This document shows, in pieces, positions 24,396-36,351 of a stretch of 64,000 nt of DNA (position 1 is the stretch's first letter; the number at the start of each line of letters is the position of its first letter). Made by a program: the position numbers and the translations under genes. Below the pieces are notes generated by a model. The model had not been told where the DNA came from and did no database searches. It was given only the letters and a program-made list of their open reading frames with translations. This DNA is from Mobula hypostoma (Eukaryota). The stretch covers positions 24,864,001-24,928,000 of the forward strand of contig NC_086109.1 in NCBI RefSeq assembly GCF_963921235.1, given 5' to 3'.

Positions 24396-25429
24396 TCTGC
24401 GTTTTGGATTTGGACTTTGACTATGGATTTTTTTTAATGGATTTTTTTGTATTCTGTGTTTTCCACACAATCTTTCTCATTTTTTTGTGTGTGGGGAGGG
24501 GAACCTGGGGGGCAATGTACCTCTTCCAGTTTTTTCATTGTTTTGTGCAGGGTGGAGCAACTTGGAAGTTGTGTAGATGTTCTTTTCGTTTAAGTTTCAT
24601 GGTTATCTAGAGAAGAATTTCAAAGTTGTATACTTTGATAATAAATGAACCCTTGAACCTTTGAAAAACAATTTGCTCCATTACTAAAAGAGCAATGTCT
24701 TGCTTGATGGTCTTCCTTGTATAACACTATTCTTTTACAGGTACAGCAAAACTTAGGAACTGTACTTCCCATGTTAGAAGCTCCTTTCCTCACAGCTCTA
24801 GTCTCGGGAAGTAGCCCTTACAGGGACACCACACAATACAAACAGACAGCACTCCTTTATCTGCTGGGGAATAAGTGCAAGGTGGCAGCTTCTTCCCTGG
24901 ACCGCAGAAGTTCAACAAAATCTTCTAATGACACTTTGCAAAGAAGGAACTTCCTTATGCAAAGGGTAGGATCTTGCATGGTGGGGGGCCAAGAAGACAT
25001 AAGGGGCTGCTCTGAATGCCTGCATACTTGGGAGCCCTGCAATATTGCCAAATGCTCAACCATGGGGTGATTAAATAAGAACAAAGTTGCCAGCAGTAAA
25101 ATTCCTGTTAGGCTGTTCTAATTGGCCTTGGTTATTTGTCTCTCATGAGGTCACACAAGGCTCTACTGACAACTCCTAATTGGAACCAGGTCATCATCTT
25201 TCTCATATATTAGCCCCATGTATGTAAACTGACCTAGTCTCAGTATGAATCGATCTGCAAAATCCATGTGTGAATGAAGGGAAAATGGAGGACTATTTGG
25301 GAGGGAAGGTTTAGATTGCTCTAAGAGTACTTGGACCAGGAGTATAGAGAAAAAAGAGAAATGGGGGAAAAGAGACAGAGGAGGGACAGTTGGGACAACA
25401 TCATGAGACCATGGGGCTGCACTGTGCTG

Positions 25430-25958
25430 TACCTCCTGTACCCACTAAAGTGCCCACTGAGTATACCTTAGTGATCTACTGCTGCTATGCCCATCCATTT
25501 CAAGGTTCGATATGTTCTACATTCAGAGATGTTTTCCTCCATACCACTGTTGTAATGCATGTTTATTTGAGTTACCATCACCTTCCTGGCAGTCTGAACT
25601 AGTCTGGCTATTCTCCTCTGACCTATCTCATTAACAAGGCACTTTTGCCCATAGAACTGCCACTCACTGTATGTTTTTTGTTTGTTTTTCGCACCATTCT
25701 CTATAAATTCTAGAGACTGTTGTGCAATGAAAATCCCAGGGGTTCAGCAGTTTCTGAGATACTCAAACCACCCTCTCTGGCACCAACAATCATTCCAAGA
25801 TCAAAGTCATTTTGATCACATTTCTTCCCCATTCTGATGTTTGCTCTGAACAGCAACTGAACCTCTTGACCTCATTTTGTTTTTGTATTGAGTTGCTGCC
25901 ACGTGATTGGCTGATTACAGGTGCACAGGTGTGCCTAATAAAGTGGCCACAGAATGTG
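25430..25958. mobile_element. Non-autonomous Tc1-like DNA transposon
   Basis: TIR-like ggtgtgcctaataaagtggccacagaatg; body homologous to 29958-30470. Confidence 0.65.
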
Positions 25959-25959
25959 T

Positions 25960-26190
25960 GTTCCCCATCCTGCTCCTCGTCTAATCTATCACCTGCCAAC
26001 TTGTACTCCTTGTCTTTCCCTCCACCCAGCCTGGTTTCTGTGCCCTTCCGTTCCAGTCCTGATGAAGGATCACGCCCCAAAATGTCAAATGCTTATTCCC
26101 TTCCATAGATGCTGCCTGATTTACTGAGCTCCTCCAGCCCTTTGTGTGCTTTGTTCAAGATTTCCAACATTTGCAGTATTTCATGTTATT
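25960..26190 (+). mobile_element. Penelope-like 3' terminus
   Basis: cagtcctgatgaagg...aaaatgtc decayed hammerhead followed by the family terminus. Confidence 0.7.
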
Positions 26191-26229
26191 CTCACCTTTC
26201 CTTTCTCCTTCTGTTCAGGTGCTACACAA

Positions 26230-26830
26230 GTCAAATTCAACATTCTAAGTAAATTTTTTACCCAAGTACATATATGTCACCTTATACACTCACAACAAGC
26301 TGGAGGAACTCAGCAGGTCGGGCAGCATCCGTGGAAACGGTCAGTCAACGTTTGACCCCAGCATCTGCAGAATATTTTGTGCTTACATGTCACCTTATAC
26401 AACTCTGAGATTCATTTCCTTGCCGGCATTCTCAATAAATCCTGTAACCATAATAGAATCAATGAAAGACCACATCAATAGGGGTGGGCAACCGGTATGC
26501 AAAAGACAACAAACTTTGCAAGTACAAAATGAAAGAGAAAAACAAAAGAAATAATAATAAATAAATCAGCAATAAATTTCGAGAACATGAGATGAAGAGT
26601 CCCTGAAAGTGAGTACATAAGTTGTGGGAACAGTTCAGTGATGAGGCGAGTGAAGTTGAGTGAAGTTATCCCCTCTGGTTCAGGAGCCTGAAGGCTGAGG
26701 GGTAATGACTGCTCCTGAACTTGGTGCTGTGAGCCCTGAGACTCCTGTATCTTCTTCCCGATGGCAGCAGCGAGAAGAGAGACTTACCTGGGTGGTAGGA
26801 GGCCCTGACAATGGAAAGCCGCTCTTTTAT
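26230..26830 (-). mobile_element. Rex1/Babar-like LINE 3' end with nested mini-PLE
   Basis: LFSLLPSGRRYRSLRAHSTKFRSSHYPSAFRLLN in ORF 26666-26863. Confidence 0.8.
26289..26386. mobile_element. 98-bp mini Penelope-like insertion with oppositely oriented terminal pieces
   Basis: Perfect 15-bp TSD atgtcaccttataca at 26274-26288 and 26387-26401. Confidence 0.8.
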
Positions 26831-28967
26831 AAAATTTCCTTCACTGCCCTTCCTCTGCTCCACAACACAACTCTCCCCCTATTCCATTAGCTTCTCTATT
26901 CATACCCCACCCCCATCCACCCTTTTCATCTTCTGGCCCCTCACATTTCACTCTACTCTTTAGTATGCCCCTCCACCATCACACCCCATCTTTGGCCTCT
27001 CACCACACCCAGTCCCCTGCTGGCCCACACTGTCTTTCTCCCTGGCCTTTCCCTGTTCCTCCCCTCCAGCCCTCCCGGGCTGCAGGCAGTGAGGTTGAGC
27101 ATGAAGCAGTAACATAAACACATAGCTGTACTTGTCAGGAGCTGGGAATGTAAATCTTGTCAGCAAGTGAAATGGCCTTAAAAGGAAAAAGCAGGGTTTG
27201 TGCAGATTCCAGCATTGTAAATGAAGCCCAGTAGAAAATAGCTGGTTGATGTTTATGAACACTGGGACGCAGAGATCAGTCTAAGAGATTAAACACAGCC
27301 TTTCAATAGTCCCAAATAAAATACGATTTAGATACATTGCTCAAGACAAACCAGCTGCTCCAATATATTCTACACTCAATTTCACAGTCTATTAAATCCC
27401 ATTCAAGTATAATCTGTTCTTTAAATGCCATGGGGCAGAAACTGAAGCTCTGGCACCTGTTTTATTGGTTTATAAAAGGTGTAACTGGCCCAGTTTTGGA
27501 ATCCAATGTCCTGAAGCCCAAGGACACCTGAAATTCCTCATCCACACAGCTGCATCAACCTACTTTTCAGGAATCCTTCGCAGCCATTTGAAACAAGTTA
27601 TAGGTGCCGCAAATGCACAGAGAGCAGAATAACAGATGCATTGGGCCTTTTCTCACGTTTGCTTGCCTACAGGTGGAGTGGGAGTTTAGGGCACAGAAGT
27701 CCTCCTTTAGCCCTGTACCTGTCACTCACCTCTTTCAGTGCCTGCAAGCCAGGTTGCTAACTGCAAAGCAAACAAAACTCTGGATGACGGAAATCAGAAA
27801 TAGAAACAGAAAATGATGGAAAGACTCATCTGATCAGATAACATCTGTGGAAGTGAAACCGTTAACATTTCTGCTCTGGATCCTTTCACTAAAAGAAGGA
27901 AAGTGAAGACAATTTAGCTTCAGGTAGGATGGGTAGAACAAAGAGGAATTTTTGAAAAGGTGAGTGCAAATGCCTTAATGTGGCCATTAAGAAGCAGTTA
28001 ATTGTATCCATGTAATTTATATCAATTATTATCAGCAGCACTGAAGGTTAATTCCTTTCTGTTGGGACCTACTTACAAAACCATAGGTACAAAATTGTTC
28101 TGCCCTGAGTGAGGCTACTCAGCCCATTCAATGCATTCTGGCTCTTTGAAGGATAAACTCATCTGTATCATTCATCCATTCTTTCCTTATAGTTCTCTGC
28201 CTTCTTTCCCTATCAAGTATGTTTTATGTTTTCTATGTAAGTATTCTCCAATTATTTTTGGATAGAACATATCCCCCACCCTTAAAAACAATGAATTCCA
28301 GATCATAATTACTCTCCAACACCTCCCTTGTTCATTTTGCCCCAAATATTGAACCTGGTCTTTGAACCATCCGTTAATGAAAATATCTTCCTGCCATGTG
28401 TGCTATCTAAACCACATAGTTCTAGTTCAGGAATAGGGGTGCCAGATTGCATCAGAAACCAGGAATCCCAGAAGGTCTTTCTTAAAGATGGCAATAAAGA
28501 GGTGACATCTCTGTGATGACGTGACTACCACAGGTTGTAGAGACTCAGGCAGGGAGGTTAGTACCTCACTTCAAGGTGCAACATTGAAGCAAGTGAATGG
28601 AACGTTAACAAACCTTTGACCCTCAGGGTGAAACCTCCAATTGGTGCTGAAGGCTGAGAGAGTGACTAAGTTGCCCTGAAATCTCAAGCAGCCAAATTTT
28701 TTCTGTCTACTCACACCAAAAGGAGTATCCCCATCAAAGAGAAATTTGTACCAGTTAGTCTGAAGGGTCATCTCCTGTGCTGTATGATTCTAAGAGTCTA
28801 TAATTGATTAAGAGCAAAGACTAGAAATTTGATCACCTAACCCATAAGTTATGAACTAAGCTGTAACACTGATTGCTAACTACAGATGATAATTTATAGA
28901 TTGCATAATACATAGTGTGATTTGGATCACCAGCTTCTACATAAGTAATATATCAAACATTGAGGGT

Positions 28968-29487
28968 CAAGATGAAGCCACGCTCAGGTTGGAGGAACAA
29001 CACCTTATATTCCGTCTGGGTAGTCTCCAACATGATGGCATGAACATAGACTTCTCTAACTTCCGTTAATGCCCCACCTCCCCTTCATACCCCATCCGTT
29101 ATTTATATATATATATATTGTTTTTTCTCTCTCTTTTTCTCCCTCTGTGCCTCTCACTATACTCCTTGCCCATCCTCTGGGATTCGTCCCTCTCTCTTTC
29201 TTTCTCCCTAGGCCTCCCATCCCATGATCCTTTCATATCCCTATTGCCAATCAACTTTCCAGCTCTTGGCTTCATCCCTCCCCCTCCTGTCTTCTCCTAT
29301 CATTTTGTATCTCCCCCCTCCCACTTTCAAATCTCTTACTATCTCTTCTTTCAGTTAGTCCTGACGAAGGGTCTCAGCCCGAAACATCGACTGTACCTCT
29401 TCCTAGAGATGCTGCATGGCCTGCTGCGTTCACCAGCAACTTTTAAGTGTGTTGTTTGAAATTCCAGCATCTGCAGATTTCCTCGTG
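28968..29487 (+). mobile_element. 5'-truncated Penelope-like element
   Basis: QDEATLRLEEQHLIFRLGSLQHDGMNIDFSNFR C-terminus; perfect 13-bp TSD aaacattgagggt (28955-28967, 29488-29500). Confidence 0.9.
29356..29393 (+). ncRNA. Minimal type I hammerhead ribozyme motif (stem III CpG-decayed)
   Basis: tagtc-CTGACGA-agggtctcagccc-GAAA-cATC-gactg. Confidence 0.55.
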
Positions 29488-29957
29488 AAACATTGAGGGT
29501 GTTGGGTTTATCCCTTGAGGAGCCAGTGTGCACTAGATGGGCCAAATAGCCTCACTCAGTGATGAACAATTCTATGTTTCTATAAGTGAGTCACCAGTGG
29601 AGAGAATTAACCTTCATTACGGCTGATAATAATTGACATAAATCAGATGGATACAATGAGCCGTTAATTAATGGCCATGTAAAGACATATTGGAACTGTA
29701 CACACTTCATGAAGAGAAAATATCAGCCACAAACAAGGATGTAGATGAAAACAGAAGGAAGCAGGCCGACCATGAAATCCATCGTGACAGAGGTTGCCTA
29801 CATTTTTACTGGGAAGTGGTTTACAGATGACATTGATGAATTCAGCCCAGTCTGAAGGTGGATCATATTTCCGATCATTGTTAAAATTGTTCAATTAGCT
29901 TGTTATTCTCATATGAACTGTGGTAAAGTAAAAAGCTTAGTTTTGCATGCCATTTAT

Positions 29958-30470
29958 ATACACTCATTGGCCATTTTATTGGGAATGGAACCCAGTATGG
30001 TTTCTGCTGCTGTAGCCCATCCACTTCGAGGTTCGACCTGTTGTGCATTCACAGATGCTCTTCTACACACCACTGGAGCCTTTCTGTCAGCTTGAACCAG
30101 TCTGGCCATCCTCCTCTGACTTCTGTCATTAACAAGGCATTTTTCCCTCAAAACTGCTGCTCGTTGGATGTTTTTCTTTGTTATTTTACACCAATCTCTG
30201 TAAACAGGGGGTTCCCAAGATTTTTTATGCTATGGACCAGTATCATTAAGCAAGGGGCCCAGGGACCCCAGGTTGGGAACTCCTGCTGTAAACTCTCTGC
30301 ATGAAAATCCCAGAAGATCAGCAGTTTCTGAGATACTCAAACCACCCCATCTGGCACCAACAAACCAAGTCACTTAGATCACATTTCTTCTCCATTCTGA
30401 TGTCTGGTCTGAAACACAACTGAACCTCTTGACCATGTCTGTATGCTTTTATGCATTGAGTCGCATGTAG
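29958..30470. mobile_element. Non-autonomous Tc1-like DNA transposon
   Basis: TA followed by TIR-like cactcattggccattttattgg; minus strand QRRMARLVQADRKA resembles a Tc1 transposase N-terminal region. Confidence 0.7.
30205..30285. mobile_element. hAT/Charlie-type MITE nested in the Tc1
   Basis: TIRs cagggggttcccaa / ttgggaactcctg; ctgtaaa(c) duplicated on both sides. Confidence 0.75.
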
Positions 30471-30686
30471 ATCATTTCATTAGTGCAGTGAGCTAGTACA
30501 AGGGACAGCAATAGCAGAATGCAGAATAACATGTTACATTTACAGGGAAAGTGCAGCTCAGAACACATCTCTCCATAGTTTTGCTGAGGGAGACCTCCAA
30601 ATGATCCAATTCTCTCTTGGATATCAAGCTCTCCACCCATGAGTTCCTTTTGATTGTGGGAAAAGAATGGTTCCTCATTACACTGA

Positions 30687-31262
30687 CACACACAAAATGC
30701 TGCAGGAACTCTGCAGGTCAGGCCACATCTACAGAAGGGAATAAACAGTTGATCCTTCATCAGTACTGGAGAGGAAGGGGTAAGAAGCCAAAATAAAAAT
30801 ATGGCATGAACATCGATTTCTCTAATGTATGGTAATTTCTGCCCCCTCCTCTTTCTCTCTTTCTTCATTAACTCTCCTGGCTCCCCTCTTACCTCTTCTC
30901 CTCACCTGCCTTTACCTCCCTCCGGTGCCCCTCCTCTCCTTTCTCCAATGGCCCACTGTCCTGTCTCTATCAGATTCCTTCTTCTTCAGCCTCTTGTCTC
31001 TTCCACATATCCTCTCTCAGCTTCTTACTATATTCCACCCTCCCCCCACACCTACTTACCCACTGTCACCTACCATCTGCCACCTTGTATGCATTCACCT
31101 CCCCCAACCTTCTTATTCTGGCTTCTTCTCCCTTTCTTTCCAGTCTTAATGAAGGGTCCAGACTGTTTATTCCCTTCCAAAGATGCTGCCTGACCTGCTG
31201 AGGTCCGCCAGTAATCTGTGTGTGTTGCTGTGCATTTCCAGCATCAGCAGATCCCCTTGTGC
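30687..31262 (+). mobile_element. Penelope-like 3' fragment with inverted 5' arm (~30687-30800)
   Basis: Minus-oriented terminus joined to GMNIDFSN...plus-oriented terminus. Confidence 0.75.
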
Positions 31263-32344
31263 TATGGTTCTCCTTTCCATTTCCTGTAGATCCCTCCCAA
31301 GAGCATTTCACTCCAGTTTACCCTCGTACGTCCAGCACCATGAGAACCACAATTTTAAGAATTAGCATGACTGAATATTGCACAGAACAGTTTGCTGTTT
31401 GCATGTAAGTCTGGAAATAATGCATAGTTAGAGCAGAACTCTACATTGCTGGCTATGAGCACAAGGCCTTGTATGCTGCATCCTGATGAACATTACTCCC
31501 ACCCTCCTCACACCTTCAATCCTGACCTGTGCATTTTTAATGCATGGTTTTCTTGTGAGGGTGAATTTTGTATTTGAATTTAATGCCTTAATAAACGAGC
31601 TGTAAATGAGCTAGATGTAATGCTATCTGCCTGTCCTTACTATAAATGGGATTGGGCTTCTGGACCAATTCTGCTGAATGATGGATTTATGCCAGATGTA
31701 CTCCAGCATGGAGATAAGAGCCACTGGGTCAATAAAACTACAGCGACCTATGCTATTGCTCTCCAATTTATGAGGAATTTATGATCCCAAACAAGATGCT
31801 TTATTGAAATTTAGAGTGCTAACATCCATGGGATCCAATTAACACAGTGTTCTTATCAACAGTGACCTGATGCAGAGGTCCCTAGATCCAGATCACCTTA
31901 TATATTTATTCACACACAGAGTAGAAATAATGTGAAAGATGATGATGCTTACTGACCCTTGGAACAATTACAGTCAGCTCCCTGTATCAAAGTACTGAGC
32001 ACCAAGATTCTTCTGTCTCTGTCTGAGAGAGAAAAAAAATCTCTTGGGTTCATTTCTCAATTCTATTGGCTGCTGTTTTTATCTGGTAATGAATGCAAAT
32101 TGAGCCGTTACAATTTCTTCACCTTTGCTCCTGGAAATGAGGATAGTGATATCTTGTAGGAGGTTTCAGGATATCGTATACAAAAAAAGACAAAAGAAAT
32201 AGATTGGCTTGGGAGCAATTTCAAAGAATCAACATAGGCAAAAATGATTTGCTGAACTACTGAACTACTGTATGTCATTCTCAGACGCAGAGAGAAACTT
32301 TATTGGACAAGATGCTGAGACACATCATAGGATGCACTGTGATA

Positions 32345-32630
32345 CATCGTCAGTGACGTAACCTGGGGTCATCGGGTGTTTTGGGTTAGACCCATTCGCC
32401 CAGACGAACCAGTCAGGGTTGATCTGGCCCTGACTTGTGTCCCAGAGGCATTGGTCCACGGGTCACACCTCTTGATCCACAGCCATCTGGAGGCTGGCTC
32501 AGCAGCCTCTGTGATGGCCCTGATGGCTCTTCTCTTTATAGTCCCTGTAATGCCAGGGAGAGAGCTGGCTCTGTGGAGAGAGATGGCTCTACAGAGCGAG
32601 CAGCCAGAAAGCCTTCTATACCGCACCCGT
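32345..32630 (-). mobile_element. Hero-clade (RLE-type) non-LTR element 3' end
   Basis: GITGTIKRRAIRAITEAAEPASRWLWIKR matches the Hero C-terminus as I recall it; 3' UTR ends ccccaggttacgtcactgacgatgt. Confidence 0.65.
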
Positions 32631-32656
32631 ATCGAGAAAAATGCTTGAGTCTTCTA

Positions 32657-32855
32657 ACAAAATACTGGAGGAACTCAGCCGGTCAGGCAACATACACGCA
32701 GAGGAATGAACAGCTGAAATTTCCGTCCCACAGGCTCTCGACCCAAAACGTCAACAGTTTATTCCTCTCCATGGATGCTGCCTGACATGTGGAGTTCCTT
32801 CGGCATTGTATGTGTATTGCTCTGGATTTCCACCATCTGCAGAATTTCTTATGTT
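32657..32855. mobile_element. Fold-back mini Penelope-like insertion
   Basis: ctggaggaactcagccggtcaggc...gcctgacatgtggagttcctt inverted arms. Confidence 0.65.
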
Positions 32856-32899
32856 GATGCATCTCTTACCATTAGAAATGCAGCACAAGTTGGAAGTGA

Positions 32900-33300
32900 G
32901 CTATTGCAGGAATACTGAACTGCTGGTACAGATGTTCAGTACTAAAAGAGGGCTAAAAGTGATGGCGTGCTGCCCTGATAGAGTGGCATTGCTGACACTG
33001 CATTAAAGCAAGCAGCACTGTGCTGTTGAAGATGCTCATTTGGAGAAGATAGAACGTGGCCTTTGTCTGCTCCTTCAGCGGATGTAAGGTATACCATGAC
33101 ATCGTTTACAAGGATAGGAGGTTCGTGGTAAAATATCCTTCAACCAGCATCTCTGTAAAAATTCAAGTTACCTGGTTATCATTCTGGTTCTTTGTAGGAT
33201 TGTGTTGTGTAAAAATTGACTGTTTCTTTTTCTATATTACAACAATGAGTGCATGTTTAGAATATTTTATTGCCTGCATGGTTCTTTTGAACATACGCAC
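32900..33300 (+). mobile_element. DeuSINE-like, degraded
   Basis: gtctgctccttcagcggatgtaagg...ccatgacatc...ttgtgtaaaaattgactg...tattacaacaatga. Confidence 0.5.
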
Positions 33301-33339
33301 ATTCTAGCCAGAAATATCAATAGGCCATTTGACTCCTAG

Positions 33340-34760
33340 ATGTCACAAGCCAATTATAATTCACGAGAACTTGACACCAGACACCTTCCATCAACTACAG
33401 ACTTGAAATACTTTGCAGCTACACAAAACATAAAACATATTTCATCAAAAGCAGGCACCAAATTCAATTCATCACCAGTAGACACCAAAAAAAATTTCAT
33501 CAACAGTAACACAAAACACATTTCATTTGCAGGGGTGCAGTTCAGTGGAATTAGCTAGGTTTCTCTTATACTGTATAAAGGTAGAGTGAGATTGGCTGCC
33601 CAAAAGGCCTGCTTCCAAGCCATTTTGCAATTTGTTATACCGTGAAAATACTGGACACAGGCGCACAACATCATCAATCAAACATCACTGTCACTTTTAG
33701 GCAAACAGATACAATACATCCACAATTGACATCTTTTATCACTATAAGATACAAACTGAATTCATCAACCCTTAACATCCATTCTGCATTATTATTAACT
33801 GGCACTAAACATATTTGTTCAACATTAAATATCAAGTACCTCCATCACAGCTAGACACCAAGACAATACCATCACAATTAATCACCTAAAACTTTCATCA
33901 CATTTTGACAACAAAATGTCTTCATTTACAATTAACACCACAGTAATATATAAAATGAGGTGATAAATATATTTCATTCACAATTAACATCCAACACATT
34001 TTATTCCCATGAGCCACCAAACTCGTTTTATCAATAGTAGACATCAAATGCATTTCATCAGAATTTGACAACTATAACATTTCATCAGTAAGTTCAAAGT
34101 TCAAAGTACATTTATTGTCACAGTGTATATATGTCAACATATTCTATCCTGATAGCTCCTTTTTTCAGGTGAATTGCTTCGTATATCTTGGTCTCAACAG
34201 TAGAGACTAAACACATTTTATTAACACTGTATTCTAAGCATATTACATCAACAATAAACTTAAATCATATTTCATCACTGAGCTATGGAAAATGGGCAGA
34301 GAATCACCACTATCTTACATTATGCCAGCATGGACTTAGAGTTCCAAATGGATTCCTTCAGAGGTGGAACCGAGCTATAAATCTGTGATTCCATAAGACC
34401 ATAAGACTATAAGGCAAAGGAGCAGAATTAGGCAGAATTAGATCGAGTGTGCTCCGCCATTCAATCATGGCTGATCCTTTTTTCCCCTCCTCAGCCCCAC
34501 TCTCTGGCCTTCTCCCTGTAACCTTTGATACTGTGTCAACACTAGGTCCAGACACTAATACTGGACACCAAGCACAGATCATCAGCTTCTGAAATTACAC
34601 GGATTACTTTAACAACTGACAAAGAGCACATTTCATCTCTGTTAAACACCAAACTATTTCCACAATCAGATTACAAATAGAGTTCAGTGCAATCGGCATG
34701 AAACATATTTTGTCAACAAGAAACACCAAGTGCAAGGCATTAATTCTTGATACTAAAAAA
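33340..34760. repeat. Degenerate ~26-bp minisatellite (gacaccaaacacatttcatcaacagta), interrupted
   Basis: Many cacca/caa...atttcatca units; strong A/C strand bias. Confidence 0.7.
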
Positions 34761-36351
34761 CTGAGAGTTGAAATTCTGCCTCAGAATTGAGCTTCAGTGT
34801 AGAAAAGTGAACAAAATGCGAGGTATCGCCATTGCATAACTTCCAAATGAAAATTGATCCAGTGTTCAGAAGGTTCTGATATCACCCAAAATGGACACTC
34901 TTGAAATGGTCATTTAACACTGGCTTCTCTAATCCAAGATATTCTTTGTGTTTGAATTTTAGTTGTCATGTTGCCATTTGATACACTTGCTGCGTTTGTA
35001 CTGTATGGAAATAGAGAGGAAAGAGAAGTTGTATTGTGTTCACAAAGGAGCTTTCCTCATTATACATTTATTCCTTTAAATAAACACAGCCTGCAGTTCC
35101 TCTGTCTGGGCTGGCCAGTTTCAGGTTACTAACACAACACTGTACAGGACCAACCCAACAGCAGCCAATGAGAGGAAACACATTCCACTGTGAACCCAGG
35201 CAGACAGAAGCCAGTCTTATGAACTTTAATTCTTCAACATTCCTTACTGTCTGCCTCACTGGCGTTAATCATTCAAAATATTACACTTTAATTTTTATAC
35301 AAACAAAGCCCTAATCAACCAAGGCTAGGGCAATTTAACTCTGTGCAGACTGAGCTACTGAATGTGATACCCAATAATTAAAAACACTGGGTCGATTCCA
35401 CTGATGGCTAACCAGCTGTTCTGTGGAGAAACGGCAGCTAGCGGCAATAGTGCATGTCAACTTAGCCTGCTCTTCCCCACCTGTACACTGCAACTCCGAG
35501 TCCACCAGCGTCCAGTAAAGTAGAGCCCTGAGGGGGATAGACTGTTCTGGTCAGCACAACATTGTGGGCCGAAGGGCCTGTTCCTGTTCTATTCTGTATC
35601 AGCTTTTTATCACCCATAGCTGGTGCACTTAAAACAGTCCAATGATTTGCATTTAAATGTCCACCTTCACTAAAGAGTCAAGTGTAATACAGAGAGACAA
35701 TGACCAATGCAGCAAGGAGACAGGACCATATCCCCCAACTCCTACCCCTCCATGTATCTATCCAAGTTCTTCATCAATGATACTACTGTATCTGCTTCAA
35801 CCATTTCCTCAGGCAACTCGTTCCATAGAGCCACCATCCTCCATATGAAAATATAGAGGCATATTGGAATATGGAGCAACAAACAATCCATTGAGTATGT
35901 GGTTGCATTTTTATTCCTTTATTTTAACAATATAATAATTGAGCTATAGAACATGGAAACAGACCTTGGTCACACCAAGATTTCATTAACTATTCAACCT
36001 GTGCTAATCTCGTGATAAACCCCAATGTCCTCTCAGGTTCTACCACTTACGTACATACTAGGCACAATTTAGTGGCCAATTAGTGGCCACTACAGTGGCC
36101 AATTTAGCCACCAACCAGCATGTTGGAGCATTTATAAAAAATCAAATGGTCAAAGAGAGAACATGCAAACTGTAACGTGATTGCGACAGAGCATCAACAT
36201 CATTATCTGCCGTGTCATATGACATGGGAAATCACGGTCAATGACCAATTTTTTTCTTGGCAAATTGGTCTACAGAAGCCGTTTGCCATTGCCTTCTTTG
36301 AGGCAGCACCTTTACAAGATGGGTGACCCTAGTTATTATCAATACTCTTCA

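Noticed and set aside
24717..25070. 117-aa ORF with an acceptor-like site in unique DNA
   Set aside because: No recognisable domain; this length is expected by chance
33340..34760. CRISPR-like array
   Set aside because: Vertebrate-type DNA; degenerate head-to-tail units without unique spacers or cas genes
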